Shown: positions 62,901-64,000 of the stretch, one piece after another
Position numbering within the stretch: the stretch's first letter is position 1
Layout of the letters: each line of letters begins with the position of its first letter
Source: Balanoglossus misakiensis
Taxonomy: Eukaryota; Animalia; Hemichordata
NCBI GenBank assembly: GCA_040954595.2
Contig: CM082594.2
Span: 8,377,573 to 8,441,572, forward strand
Direction of reading: 5' to 3'
DNA: 64,000 nucleotides
Translations under genes and position numbers: made by a program
Notes under the pieces: generated by a model
Databases searched by the model: none
Seen by the model: the letters and a program-made list of their open reading frames with translations, nothing else
Told to the model about the DNA's origin: nothing

Positions 62901-64000
62901 TGCTATTGATTCTCTCCGCTATCGTTTTCAAAGATTTTTTGGCAACTCGAATAAAAATTGGTCGTTGTTCTGCGTGAGTAGACAGATAGAGATTCTTTCC
63001 ACTACGGAAGGCATTTGATGAGTTCGGCAAGGTGGGTTGATTCTGTTCGCACGACGTGTCCTTCATCTTACGCCCCTATCGTCGACAGACACACAGTACT
63101 TTTTTCCCCGCGTTGTGAAACGTGAACAGGTTCAGTCGTTTTTTTTTTCGGTGGTCGCAAGGTGTTCACGCGCACGTGTAGTTCACATTTTGCATCTCGC
63201 AATGGCGTTCCATGCATCTCTTGAAAATTCAAACTAGCCTTAGTTTGTAAAAATGTACAAATATCGTTTGAAAAGCAGACACGGCAATCTCACTGAAGTT
63301 TGGCTTGGAAGTTCTTTGAAAGAAAAGTCTCTCTGAGTTTTGTTGTGTCAAATAATTGTAACAATAAACCTCGAATGCTTACTGAGCTAGATGTCTTTTG
63401 TAGTGAACGTTCCAACTGCGAATGTCTGCTTTAAATGCATCGGTGGACAAGGTCGTGGAATTTTTGGGCAGTCTACAGTGCATACATCGGTCACCGCGAC
63501 GATAGATTGGTGAGCGCCATAGCTGCATCATACTCCCTGTGTACAGGTAGTCCATTTACCGCCATATTTACTCCTAACCTATACCGAATAAAAAGAAACA
63601 GAAATGCAAAATAAATGACTAAATCAAAGGTCAAATTTCGTGCGGTGACTTCTCTTCCGAGGGCGTGAATAAGCGGGGATAACTGTCGACCGTCGTTTAA
63701 CGGAAGTGCGAAGTTATATTTCTCAAGCTTTTTGCAATTATCGCCCCCTAGTAGTTAAAATTTCAATAACCGTATAGTCAATTTTCGAATGATTGGGAGT
63801 AACGACGATTTATCGAGTCCGCCATGACGTGCATACAGACGCATCTACACGTCAAATCATAGGGACGTTTATACGGCTAGTGATATGACCGGTTTACTGG
63901 CGGCGGCCGCGGCAGTTTTCCGCACCGGTACCCGACTATGGTGTCGTGAAATAACACGGTGTGTGTGGGTAATCTCAGGGATGATAGACAAGCGGATTGC
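32950..64000. other. About 31 kb non-coding region (gene desert or long intron) with scattered decayed repeats
   Basis: No ORF has recognisable protein similarity and I found no convincing chain of spliced exons on either strand. Small exons cannot be excluded. Confidence 0.6.

Noticed and set aside
33000-64000. Search for conserved bilaterian miRNAs, CRISPR-like arrays, rRNA/tRNA genes and prokaryotic systems
   Set aside because: None recognised by eye. The window is eukaryotic and has no repeat-spacer array.

Overview
This is eukaryotic, intron-rich animal DNA. An invertebrate deuterostome is my inference from the gene set and the vertebrate-like exon structures. Most ORFs in the supplied track are spurious, so I assembled the genes by hand from GT-AG exons. 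From left to right the window contains: (1) the probable first coding exon of an unidentified minus-strand gene, head-to-head with (2) ribosomal protein RPL13 (3 coding exons, 212 aa, structured introns); (3) a convergent unorthodox aquaporin (AQP11/12-like, 258 aa) whose first NPA box is replaced by CVC and which ends in a KKxx motif; (4) a 7-coding-exon, 211-aa secreted protein with a signal peptide, a Cys-rich N-terminus, 33 Gly-X-Y triplets with one interruption and a C-terminal resistin/RELM-type 10-cysteine domain; (5) an 8-exon acatalytic carbonic anhydrase-related protein (CA8 orthologue, 275 aa); and (6) about 31 kb with no recognisable coding exon. The collagen-resistin protein is the most interesting item, as a possible new 'defence collagen' architecture. 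Its novelty could not be checked against databases. Smaller items include P-element-like footprints, decayed LINE fragments, an inverted (ATC)n/(GAT)n microsatellite and clusters of CTCF-like and RFX motifs.
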